Virus record (IMG/VR): IMGVR_UViG_3300009034_000003
Strand: one strand, 5' to 3'
From: a virus
Lineage: Duplodnaviria > Heunggongvirae > Uroviricota > Caudoviricetes
Length of the DNA: 64,000 nt
A program made the translations under genes and the position numbers. Shown here one piece after another: positions 56,065 through 64,000 of the stretch (position 1 is its first letter; each line of letters starts with the position of its first letter). The notes below the pieces were generated by a model. That model worked only from the letters and a program-made list of their open reading frames with translations. It made no database searches and was not told where the DNA came from.

Positions 56065-56846
56065 AGATAGCTCATATAGCACCGAAGAAGCACCTAGAAC
56101 TCACTGATCGAGGCGATTTCTACTTTGTTCTAGCTCACATAGCAATGAGGAGCAAGAGGTATAGGAATTACTTTAAGGATAGAGATCGCGAGATATACTT
56201 AGATAACGGTGTGTGGGAGACTGGAAGACCTTTAGACACCAGGACTATGATCGAACTAGCCATTGAGATGCAGCCCGATTATATATACGCTACGGACTAT
56301 ATTAACGATGCAGCTAGAACCATCCAGGCCGTTGAGAATTTTTGTCGAGCTGCAGCGAGACATCCAAAGGATTTCAAGTCAAAGATTGTAGCTACGGCGC
56401 AGGGAAGTACTCGAAACGTTTGGTACGCATGTATACAGCACCTTTCGAAGATTGACGGCGTCGATGTGATCGCTATACCACGACATCCGGTTAGAGATTT
56501 GTACGAGTATGAGGAAAATCGCGGGTTGCGAATGACTAAGACGCGACTAGATATTTGTCATTTACTGGATACGGAACTGCAGAAGTTCGATAGCAAGGAG
56601 TTTTATGCTACTGGCGCAGGCGCTGCAATATGCGCTAAGGAATTAGCTAGATATCCTTGGATTACCGGGTTAGATACTACAATGGCATGTCTGCTAGCTA
56701 GCCAAAATGTACGAATCTCAGGGAAATTTGCGCGATATAAACCAGATGAGAAACTTGATTTCAATGCCGAATTTGCGCAGGAGCAGTTGGATGCTGCTGA
56801 ATTTAACATAGGTGTACTGAACCGATGGGCACACGGAGAAGAGTAA
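56061..56846 (+). CDS. hypothetical protein (261 aa) between folE and dNMP kinase
   Basis: No motif recognised with confidence. Confidence 0.45.
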   Translation: MKIAHIAPKKHLELTDRGDFYFVLAHIAMRSKRYRNYFKDRDREIYLDNGVWETGRPLDTRTMIELAIEMQPDYIYATDYINDAARTIQAVENFCRAAARHPKDFKSKIVATAQGSTRNVWYACIQHLSKIDGVDVIAIPRHPVRDLYEYEENRGLRMTKTRLDICHLLDTELQKFDSKEFYATGAGAAICAKELARYPWITGLDTTMACLLASQNVRISGKFARYKPDEKLDFNAEFAQEQLDAAEFNIGVLNRWAHGEE

Positions 56847-57449
56847 ATGGGAAGGTTTTTTGCTTTTGAGGGGATAAGCCGAGCGGGAAAGACGACGGCG
56901 TGTGGTCATGTTGAACGTCGGCTAGAGGAGATCGGGGAATCTGTGCGGCGCGAGCACGGGGGCTTTATCCTTGGTGCACGGGTTGCCGACGCGTTCGGGA
57001 CGTACCCGGACGAGGTAGTTTATATGCTCTTCTGGCAAGCGTTTCGACTTCTTGAGCTAGACAAAATTACACCGGCTCTTAACGAGGGCAAAATTGTTTT
57101 AGTTGACCGTTATGTATTGTCGAATCTTGCCCATAATTGGTGGACGGGTCTCGATCGGGATTTCCAATTGCGTACGGAGAGAGAGTACATACAACGCTGC
57201 TTGTTTCCAAGTATATATTTTGTGTTTACTGTTCCCTATGGACTTTTCTTAGAGCGCGGTGGCGACGGTGCTAAAGTGGACCGGGCTCTATTTGAGAAGA
57301 TACACCAGGACTACATTACCTGGGCACTACGTTTGTCTAACAACGGATTTTGTAAAACAATTCTTGTAGATGGTTCGAAGTCAGAAGAAGCCGTTGGTGA
57401 TTTTGTAATGCACTATATACGAAAAGAAATAGGTTTGGAGGGTGGCTAA
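56847..57449 (+). CDS. tmk: thymidylate/dNMP kinase
   Basis: P-loop FEGISRAGKTT, DRY motif VDRYVLSN; about 200 aa. Confidence 0.7.
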   Translation: MGRFFAFEGISRAGKTTACGHVERRLEEIGESVRREHGGFILGARVADAFGTYPDEVVYMLFWQAFRLLELDKITPALNEGKIVLVDRYVLSNLAHNWWTGLDRDFQLRTEREYIQRCLFPSIYFVFTVPYGLFLERGGDGAKVDRALFEKIHQDYITWALRLSNNGFCKTILVDGSKSEEAVGDFVMHYIRKEIGLEGG

Positions 57450-59950
57450 TGTCGGTCGTCTTGTCCGAAGCTGATGCTAAAAGCTTTGTCGTTGAGCTCC
57501 AGCATACTTACTATCCGGAGTGCACTGATTGTTCGATTTCCGAAGATGCTCTTAACCGAGCGCATGTGAAATGGCGGGGTCGTGTCGATTCACCGGTGGT
57601 TATAGTCGGAGAGGCACCGGGTGAAGATGAGGAGAAGGAGGAGCTTGCCTTTGTTGGGCCTGCGGGTAAAAAACTTAATAGGCTACTTAGGTCTGTGGGT
57701 ATAGATTCTAATGATGCACTGGTTACCAACACCGTTAAGTGCAGGCCTCGGCTAAACAGGAATCCTACCTCAAAAGAATGTCGGATATGTCGCGAAAAGC
57801 ACCTTGTACGAGAGATTAAGCTATACCCCCGGAAATTGATAATAGCATTAGGTAACTTTGGATACTACGGCGTGGTGCCTAAAGGGTCCCCTTCTGGAAT
57901 AACTAATAGATGCGGTGTCTTTGAAGAGAATGAGGAGTTCGGGTGTACTGTGCTTCCTTGTCTTCATCCTGCCGGTGTATTACGCAATCCTGCTACTGAA
58001 CCACTATTGGTGGATGCAATTAGAAAAGCCGCGAAGTTTATTAAAAACGGGTACGCGCAGGAATCTAAAAGATCTGTTGTGTATAAGGAGATCCGCGATC
58101 TTAGTACATTTTGGGATTTTATATCTGAGATCAAAAGTGCTAAGAAGTTTGTAGTGGATCTTGAGACAACTGGGTTCTCATGTATAACGGATGAGATAAT
58201 CTGTATGTCTTTTTCTATTAAGCCCTTTACTGCGTGGTATCTTCCTTTGCGAGAGGACGGATACTTTGTTTGGTCTAAAGGTGACTGGGAAGCGATTGAA
58301 GAGGGCCTGAAAGGAATTTTCGAGGACCCAACTATTGGGAAGATGGGGTTCAATGCCAAGTTTGATTTCAAGTTCCTTATTAGTCACTTTGGTTGGGAAA
58401 TTCAGGGTAGTATAGATGACCCAATGTTAATGCACCATCTGATTGAGGAAGGTACTCCGCACGGGCTTAAGAATCTGGCAATCAGGTACGCAGGTATGGG
58501 TGATTATTCGCGATCATTAGACGAGGCTTTTGCTAAGGTGAAGCGAAACAAGGAACTGAAACCGGAAGAAAAGAATTATGGTAAATTGCCCGCAAGTCTT
58601 TTGGAGAGCTATGCAGCAGCTGATGCCGATGCAACTTTTCGTGTATATGAGTATCTTTTGCCAATTCTCAAGAAGGATCCGGACTTATTTCGATTCTATC
58701 GGAAGGGTGTTATACCTGTGATGGATGTTCTTATGGAAATGGAGCTTACGGGTATACTTGTAGATCAGGTGAGACTGAAAGAGCTCGGGGCGCAATTTCG
58801 CCAGGAGCTAAAGGCGCTTGAAGCTGAGTTTCATGCAAGCGCTGGCGAGGAGGTAAAGGTTACTTCTTCTAAGCAGCTGAGCGAGTTCCTTTTCCAGAAG
58901 GAGAAATATCGTATTGTTAAGTCGGGCAGAAAGTATCCATCTACTGATGAATCTGTGCTTAAAACATTGCAAGAGGAAACGGGTGACGAGATATTCGATA
59001 CCCTTTTGCAATATAGGAAGACCAGTAAGCTTAATAGTACATATATAGTTGGGATGGTGAAGCAAATCGCACCGGACGGCAGAATCCATACCAGCTACTT
59101 GCAACATGGGACAGTGACCGGGCGTCTGAGTTCATCGCGACCCAATCTTCAAAACGTCCCTAGAGATTCTATTGTTAAGAATGTTTTTGTTCCGAGTCCA
59201 GGGTATCTTTTACTGAGTGCTGATTATAAGCAGCATGAAGTCAGGATGTGGGCGGAGTATAGTCAAGATCAAATGCTTATTGAGGCTTTGTCCACCGAGG
59301 ACGTCCACAGTCAGATTGGGTCAATGTTGTTAGGGAAGCCTGCTGAGGATATCTCGAAGGGGGAAAGGGTTTTTGTAAAAGGTGTCGTTTTTGGTTTGAT
59401 GTATGGGCGTGGCGCACGAAGTTTGGCAATGGGCCTAAAGAAGACATTAAAAAGGGAGGTCCCCGAGGAGGAGGCCAAGACATTTATACAGTTATTTTTC
59501 AACATGTTTCCTGATGCTTCGCAATGGCTTTATGAGCAGCAGAAGTTTGCTGCTAGGAATGGCTATGTACGGAATCGTTTTGGCAGGGTTCGACATCTCC
59601 CTGAAATTTTCAGTACTAATAAGGAGGTCAAAGCGGAAGCCAGGAGGAACGCTAGGAATGCACCCATTCAGGGACTTGCCAGTGACGTAACTAATTTGGC
59701 TTTGATTCGTATACGGAATGCTTTCAAGGATAATGGCCTCAGGGCACGTCTACTTTGTCAAGTACACGATGAAATCCTAGCCGAGGCGCCCATTGAAGAG
59801 ATCCCCATTGCGCAAGAAGTGATGAGTGAACAGATGCTTCGTCCTGTGAGTGGAATATCGGTGCCTTTGGCAATTGATCTAGAGATACTGGACCGCTGGG
59901 GAGGCGAGCCCATTGATGACCAAGGGGCTTATTACGACGTTCCTTTCTAG
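57449..59950 (+). CDS. polA: family A DNA polymerase with N-terminal family-4 UDG-like domain and 3'-5' exonuclease domain
   Basis: UDG-like VVIVGEAPGEDEE...FVGPAGKKLNRLL...CLHPAGVLRN; exo I FVVDLETTGF; pol motif A LLSADYKQHEVRMWAEYS, motif B RVFVKGVVFGLMYGRGARSLA, motif C CQVHDEIL. Confidence 0.85.
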   Translation: MSVVLSEADAKSFVVELQHTYYPECTDCSISEDALNRAHVKWRGRVDSPVVIVGEAPGEDEEKEELAFVGPAGKKLNRLLRSVGIDSNDALVTNTVKCRPRLNRNPTSKECRICREKHLVREIKLYPRKLIIALGNFGYYGVVPKGSPSGITNRCGVFEENEEFGCTVLPCLHPAGVLRNPATEPLLVDAIRKAAKFIKNGYAQESKRSVVYKEIRDLSTFWDFISEIKSAKKFVVDLETTGFSCITDEIICMSFSIKPFTAWYLPLREDGYFVWSKGDWEAIEEGLKGIFEDPTIGKMGFNAKFDFKFLISHFGWEIQGSIDDPMLMHHLIEEGTPHGLKNLAIRYAGMGDYSRSLDEAFAKVKRNKELKPEEKNYGKLPASLLESYAAADADATFRVYEYLLPILKKDPDLFRFYRKGVIPVMDVLMEMELTGILVDQVRLKELGAQFRQELKALEAEFHASAGEEVKVTSSKQLSEFLFQKEKYRIVKSGRKYPSTDESVLKTLQEETGDEIFDTLLQYRKTSKLNSTYIVGMVKQIAPDGRIHTSYLQHGTVTGRLSSSRPNLQNVPRDSIVKNVFVPSPGYLLLSADYKQHEVRMWAEYSQDQMLIEALSTEDVHSQIGSMLLGKPAEDISKGERVFVKGVVFGLMYGRGARSLAMGLKKTLKREVPEEEAKTFIQLFFNMFPDASQWLYEQQKFAARNGYVRNRFGRVRHLPEIFSTNKEVKAEARRNARNAPIQGLASDVTNLALIRIRNAFKDNGLRARLLCQVHDEILAEAPIEEIPIAQEVMSEQMLRPVSGISVPLAIDLEILDRWGGEPIDDQGAYYDVPF

Positions 59951-59961
59951 GTGAGAGAGGT

Positions 59962-60351
59962 ATGTATACTGTTCGTCAAGTACCGGGAAACAGTGAAGAG
60001 GGAAGGTTTGCTACAAAGGCTGAGGTCCTGGAGTGGATCTATCAGCAAATGTTGCGTGGTGCGTCCTACGCTGAGGCTAGTAGGGAAGCGAGTGAACAAT
60101 TCGAGATCAGTGGTAATAGGGAGGTTCAAGCTGAGACCAGGAATGCGTCCGAGGAGGGAGACGAGATGGCCTACCCTAGTGGGTTACCCGTTGGCAATAT
60201 TTCCACGCCGGAGCAAGTAAGTGATACCACGAATGATAAGATTATCTCCCGTGCTGTCTCAAGGTTTGAAATGATAGAGATTGAGGGAATTGAAGGACGC
60301 TCGGGAAAAAGGAAAGGAAACGATGGAGAAAACGGAAGCGATAGATCCTAA
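59962..60351 (+). CDS. hypothetical acidic protein
   Basis: 129 aa; ggtgagagaggtATG. Confidence 0.4.
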   Translation: MYTVRQVPGNSEEGRFATKAEVLEWIYQQMLRGASYAEASREASEQFEISGNREVQAETRNASEEGDEMAYPSGLPVGNISTPEQVSDTTNDKIISRAVSRFEMIEIEGIEGRSGKRKGNDGENGSDRS

Positions 60352-62650
60352 GTTATCGGATAATGCCCTGGCTATTTTGAGGAAGAGATATTTCCGCAAG
60401 GATCCAGATGGAAACATAGTAGAGGATTGGCACGGTCTTTGTACCAGGGTTGCTAATTTTATTGCAAGTGCTGAGAACGAGGGGGACCGTAGTTCCTGGG
60501 CAGCTGAGTTCTATTATATGATGTATCAGCTAAAGTTCCTCCCCAATAGCCCGACGTTATTCAATGCGGATATGCCTTTGGGTAATTTGTCTGCGTGCTT
60601 TGTTCTTCCTGTCGAGGATTCGCTAGAGGGTATCTTTGATACGCTGAAGAACGCCGCTATAATATTTGCATCAGGGGGCGGATGCGGTTATGATTTTTCT
60701 GATCTGCGAAAGCGAGGGTCGCGAGTTTCGCGAACTAGCGGCGTAAGCAGTGGCCCTGTTTCATTTATCCATGTTTTTAATTCTGCTACGGAGATCATTA
60801 AGCAAGGAGGAAAGCGTCGAGGGGCTAACATGGGTGTTCTTCGGGTCGACCATCCTGATATCGTAGAATTTATTGACGCTAAGACTGAGGAAGGTACTCT
60901 AGCTAACTTTAATCTGTCCGTGGCTATTACTGATGAGTTCATGTACGCAATCGAAGACCAACGGAAATTTGTACTGTACGACTACTATCTGGGGAAGCCT
61001 GATAAAGAGATCTGGGCAAGGTCTCTTTTCGACAAAATCGTTGAGCGAACATGGACGAATGGTGAACCCGGAGTGATTTTTATTGACCGGATCAATGAGA
61101 AGAACCCTCTTCCCGATTTAGGTGATATAGCAGGAGTAAATCCCTGTTCCGAAGAGCCACTGTTGCCCGATGAATCGTGTAATCTAGGGTCTATTAACTT
61201 GGCTCATTTTTACAAAGAAAAGAAAGACGAACACAAGTTCGAGAGTGTGAATTGGGGAGCTCTTGCAAGTACTGTCCATAAGGCCGTAAGGTTTCTTGAC
61301 GACGTAATCTCCGTGAACAGATACCCTGTTAAAGCTATAGAGACCGCCTCGCTGCGAACTAGGAAGATTGGGCTTGGCGTTATGGGATGGGCTGATCTTC
61401 TTTTGATGCTCAAAATAAAATATGATTCCGACGAAGCTGTGGAACTAGCCGCGTTGGTGATGGAGTGGATTCAATATAATGCCCTAGAGGCTTCAATGGA
61501 ATTGGCGAAGAAACGTGGGAGGTTTCCTGCGTTTGATTGCTATACTCTTCCTGATCGCAGTGCAAGCAAGTGGCATAAAGATAAAGTAAATTGGGAAGAG
61601 TTGGACAAAGGTATTCAGGAGCATGGTTTAAGGAACGCGTGTGTTAGCACCGTTGCTCCTACAGGGTCGCTATCGCTTATTGCTGGGGTCTCAAGTGGTA
61701 TTGAGCCAAACTTTCAATGGATGTATGAATATTATCGGGTGGAGCAAAAGTTTTCCGAGAAGCACTGGATTGCTTCGCTCTTTTTAGACAAAGGTGCGCC
61801 ACTCCCAGAATACTTTGTAACAGCATTGGACATAGCTCCTATATGGCATATCAAGATGCAAGCGGCTTGGCAAAAGTGGGTTGATGCCGGTATATCTAAA
61901 ACGATCAACCTTCCATTTGAAGCGACGAAAGAAGATGTCCGCGAAGCTATTTTGGAAGCTTGGCGAATGAAGTGCAAGGGTATCACTCTCTATAGATCGG
62001 GGTCCAGAGAGAAAGAGGTACTAGTGGCAAAGGGGAAAGAGCAATTGGAGGTCCCAGAGACTACAGGCGTCTCACCTCGAGAGAGACCTATGTTCACCTA
62101 TGGAAGTACGGTGAAGATTCCTGTAGGTGCTGATTGCGGTACGATGTTCGTAACAGTTAATTCTGATGAATTCGGCCCATGCGAGTCGTTTGTGATGTTA
62201 GGCAGGGGCGGGGGATGTATAAGCTCGTACGCGGAAGCGCTTGGCCGTATGATCTCCTTGGCGTTGCGGAGTGGCGTAGATGTCAAGGAGGTTGTGGACC
62301 AGTTGTCTGGTATAAGGTGTTCTAAGATTCGTTGGATGAAAGAGAGGACGGTTCATTCTTGTCCCGATGCGGTTGCATATGCTTTGGAAAGGGTATTGTT
62401 ATCCGAGGACCCTGATGTTTTGACGAAGGAAGATCTTGAGAAAGCTTTTGATAACCTTGCTCGGCATAAGGTACCGCCAACGCTAGAGGATTTTGAAGAA
62501 GCGGACAAACAAGCAAGGAGAGATTATGTTCGGTTTCGGAGTATAATTGAGTCTGGAGAAAATCCAGAATGTCCTGAATGTCATGCGATGCTGTCTATTG
62601 AAGGGCGCTGCGTGCTCTGTCGCGCTTGCGGTTATACTAGATGTAGTTAG
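60323..62650 (+). CDS. ribonucleotide reductase catalytic subunit (probably class II / B12-dependent; no beta subunit gene adjacent) with C-terminal zinc ribbon
   Basis: LSDNALAILRKRYFRKD N-terminus without an ATP-cone; active-site block NPCSEEPLLPDESCNLGSINL; C-terminal CPECHAML...CVLCRACG; start set at MEKTEAIDPK after the aaaggaaaggaaacg RBS. Confidence 0.7.
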   Translation: MEKTEAIDPKLSDNALAILRKRYFRKDPDGNIVEDWHGLCTRVANFIASAENEGDRSSWAAEFYYMMYQLKFLPNSPTLFNADMPLGNLSACFVLPVEDSLEGIFDTLKNAAIIFASGGGCGYDFSDLRKRGSRVSRTSGVSSGPVSFIHVFNSATEIIKQGGKRRGANMGVLRVDHPDIVEFIDAKTEEGTLANFNLSVAITDEFMYAIEDQRKFVLYDYYLGKPDKEIWARSLFDKIVERTWTNGEPGVIFIDRINEKNPLPDLGDIAGVNPCSEEPLLPDESCNLGSINLAHFYKEKKDEHKFESVNWGALASTVHKAVRFLDDVISVNRYPVKAIETASLRTRKIGLGVMGWADLLLMLKIKYDSDEAVELAALVMEWIQYNALEASMELAKKRGRFPAFDCYTLPDRSASKWHKDKVNWEELDKGIQEHGLRNACVSTVAPTGSLSLIAGVSSGIEPNFQWMYEYYRVEQKFSEKHWIASLFLDKGAPLPEYFVTALDIAPIWHIKMQAAWQKWVDAGISKTINLPFEATKEDVREAILEAWRMKCKGITLYRSGSREKEVLVAKGKEQLEVPETTGVSPRERPMFTYGSTVKIPVGADCGTMFVTVNSDEFGPCESFVMLGRGGGCISSYAEALGRMISLALRSGVDVKEVVDQLSGIRCSKIRWMKERTVHSCPDAVAYALERVLLSEDPDVLTKEDLEKAFDNLARHKVPPTLEDFEEADKQARRDYVRFRSIIESGENPECPECHAMLSIEGRCVLCRACGYTRCS

Positions 62651-62660
62651 GAGGTTACTT

Positions 62661-63200
62661 GTGATTGGGAAGAGAATACCCGATGCTCCGCCTGGTGATC
62701 CCCTAGGAGGTAAGCAGTGGGAACAGTTACAAGAACTGAAGATGCTCATGGTGGGGGTTATAGAAGAGTTCTTAACTGAGCCTATTGAGATCGAAATTAG
62801 GTTAGAGCCGGGTGCGAAGATGCCGACGCAGCCATACTCGACCGATGCCTGTTGGGATCTGTATGTGCCGCGAGATATATCGATACCCCCTCATACTACA
62901 GTGTTGGTTCCTTCGGGAGCGTATATAAATATACCAGAAGGTTACGTAGGGACATTTATACTACGGTCCGGTTTGGGTAAGAGGGGCTTGTCCATACATG
63001 TCTCGGCTTTTGATGCGGGGTATCAAGGAGAGCTTAGTGGGTTTGTACATAATGGAACCGATGAGACGTTTCTATTCGAACAGGGTGACCGCGTAGTTCA
63101 ATTTTGCTTGAAGAGAAAAGTTCCCATTGTGTGGAAGGAGGTTAAGGAGCTAACCCCATCTATGCGAGGAACTCGGGGCCATGGATCTTCTGGGAGGTGA
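62661..63200 (+). CDS. dut: dUTPase (dUTP pyrophosphatase/dCTP deaminase superfamily)
   Basis: Motifs RSGLGKRGL and FDAGYQGE; GTG start after ggagg immediately downstream of the RNR stop. Confidence 0.7.
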   Translation: MIGKRIPDAPPGDPLGGKQWEQLQELKMLMVGVIEEFLTEPIEIEIRLEPGAKMPTQPYSTDACWDLYVPRDISIPPHTTVLVPSGAYINIPEGYVGTFILRSGLGKRGLSIHVSAFDAGYQGELSGFVHNGTDETFLFEQGDRVVQFCLKRKVPIVWKEVKELTPSMRGTRGHGSSGR

Positions 63201-63841
63201 GTAAAGTTAGTAGCCGGATCGATTTACTAGATTTGATGGAGTCGCGCAAGGATCAAATGCAAGTTAGTCTGCAAACTCCAGCCGAAACCGTTGATGTTAA
63301 TGCTTGGGATGAGTTACAGATAGACATGCTTGATCTGGATACCGAGTTCGCAGCTATTCCCGGTCAGATTGCGTACTGGGTTGCAATAGCTGCGCGGTAT
63401 AGAGTTTTTGTTGAGTCTCTTCGGAACAGTTTCGATAGCTGGTATGCCCCAAAATATGAACAGGAGTTCCTTGCATATCAGTCAGAAACTGGCAAGAGAC
63501 CGAATATAAGTACCGCTGAGAATCGTGTCAAGGTGAAGTATCAGGAGGACCATAATCGGCTCAAGTTGGAGCTTGCTGAATCAGATGCTAACTTGAAGAC
63601 TGCTGAGGGTATGATTACGGCCTTGGAGGCAAAGTTGCAAGCCTTGATTCAAATCGCGAAGCGACAAAACATCGAATATGATAGGACCGAATCTGGCCAT
63701 CTTACAGGGCGGGGAGCTATGCCTTATTCGGCTCCTACACCACAGCGTACTATATCTCGTGGTTCTAGGGCTAGTGAGGCTCAGACGGATATGGCAAGGG
63801 ATGTATTACGTAAAATGAGACAAGGAGGTTTGGATAAATGA
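63197..63841 (+). CDS. hypothetical coiled-coil protein
   Basis: 214 aa. Confidence 0.45.
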   Translation: MSKVSSRIDLLDLMESRKDQMQVSLQTPAETVDVNAWDELQIDMLDLDTEFAAIPGQIAYWVAIAARYRVFVESLRNSFDSWYAPKYEQEFLAYQSETGKRPNISTAENRVKVKYQEDHNRLKLELAESDANLKTAEGMITALEAKLQALIQIAKRQNIEYDRTESGHLTGRGAMPYSAPTPQRTISRGSRASEAQTDMARDVLRKMRQGGLDK

Positions 63842-64000
63842 ATATCGACAAGCTAGGACAGAGGGCGGCTTCTCTAGGCGGAGATATACCCTGGATTCCG
63901 TTGAGGGATGGGGTGAATAAAGTTAGGGTCGTGGCCAAGCCAGGAGATGATGAACCTTGGCGAGAGTTTTATAAGCACTTTCTTTCAGACTACATACACG
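63838..64000 (+). CDS. hypothetical protein (3'-truncated at window edge)
   Basis: ORF begins MNIDKLGQRAAS... and runs off the window. Confidence 0.35.
   Translation, partial: MNIDKLGQRAASLGGDIPWIPLRDGVNKVRVVAKPGDDEPWREFYKHFLSDYIH

Noticed and set aside
56061-56846. Annotating 56061-56846 as DpdA (7-deazaguanine DNA transglycosylase)
   Set aside because: Only the genomic context (next to folE) suggests it. I could not identify TGT-family zinc-binding or catalytic motifs by eye, so it is left as a hypothesis in the findings.
16604-62749. Other minus-strand ORFs overlapping confident + strand genes (e.g. 16604-17077, 35329-35937, 51676-52509, 57964-58371, 62483-62749)
   Set aside because: They are embedded antisense to well-supported CDS (kinase, cohesin protein, primase, polymerase, RNR) and have Ser/Thr/Pro-rich low-complexity translations and no RBS.

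Overview
This window appears to be a bacteriophage genome segment: all confident CDS lie on the + strand, are tightly packed and often overlap at stop/start (ATGA-style junctions). The host is probably Gram-negative, given a Lom/Ail-like outer-membrane beta-barrel gene and ADP-heptose enzymes.

The window has three distinct parts:

1. ~600-19,000: an accessory region in which about one third of the DNA (~6.3 kb, in 11 blocks) is a highly unusual degenerate tandem array with a 36-37 bp period. Each unit is TGnGAACC, then about 10 unconserved nt, then TGCGTAGCC-like, then about 10 unconserved nt. Small membrane, zinc-ribbon and hypothetical genes are interspersed between the blocks. The array is non-coding; the only long ORFs are stop-free minus-strand artefacts. 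Three array blocks lie immediately downstream of a conserved promoter-like motif (consensus ATGACA-17 nt-TAAAAT-ATAGTGAAG).

2. ~20,000-41,500: about 24 paralogous small proteins (80-230 aa). Each ends in a single HEAT/PBS-lyase-like repeat (LPxFLxxExxxVRxxAxxRLxEL) and shares an N-terminal LxxLxxxY motif. Interspersed among them are a Thg1-like 3'-5' nucleotidyltransferase, a PP2C phosphatase plus Hanks-type Ser/Thr kinase pair, vWA proteins, a VIT-vWA protein, a nicotinamidase/isochorismatase-family hydrolase, a secreted cohesin-dockerin protein and a split HldE (ADP-heptose synthesis).

3. ~41,500-64,000: a replication and nucleotide-metabolism module. It contains DJ-1/PfpI, a flap endonuclease, a DnaC-like protein, DnaB helicase, DnaG primase, a sigma factor, an HTH-phosphoribosyltransferase (PRTase), GTP cyclohydrolase I, dNMP kinase, a UDG-like domain fused to family-A DNA polymerase, ribonucleotide reductase and dUTPase.

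The tandem arrays and the HEAT-tail paralog family are the most novel features.
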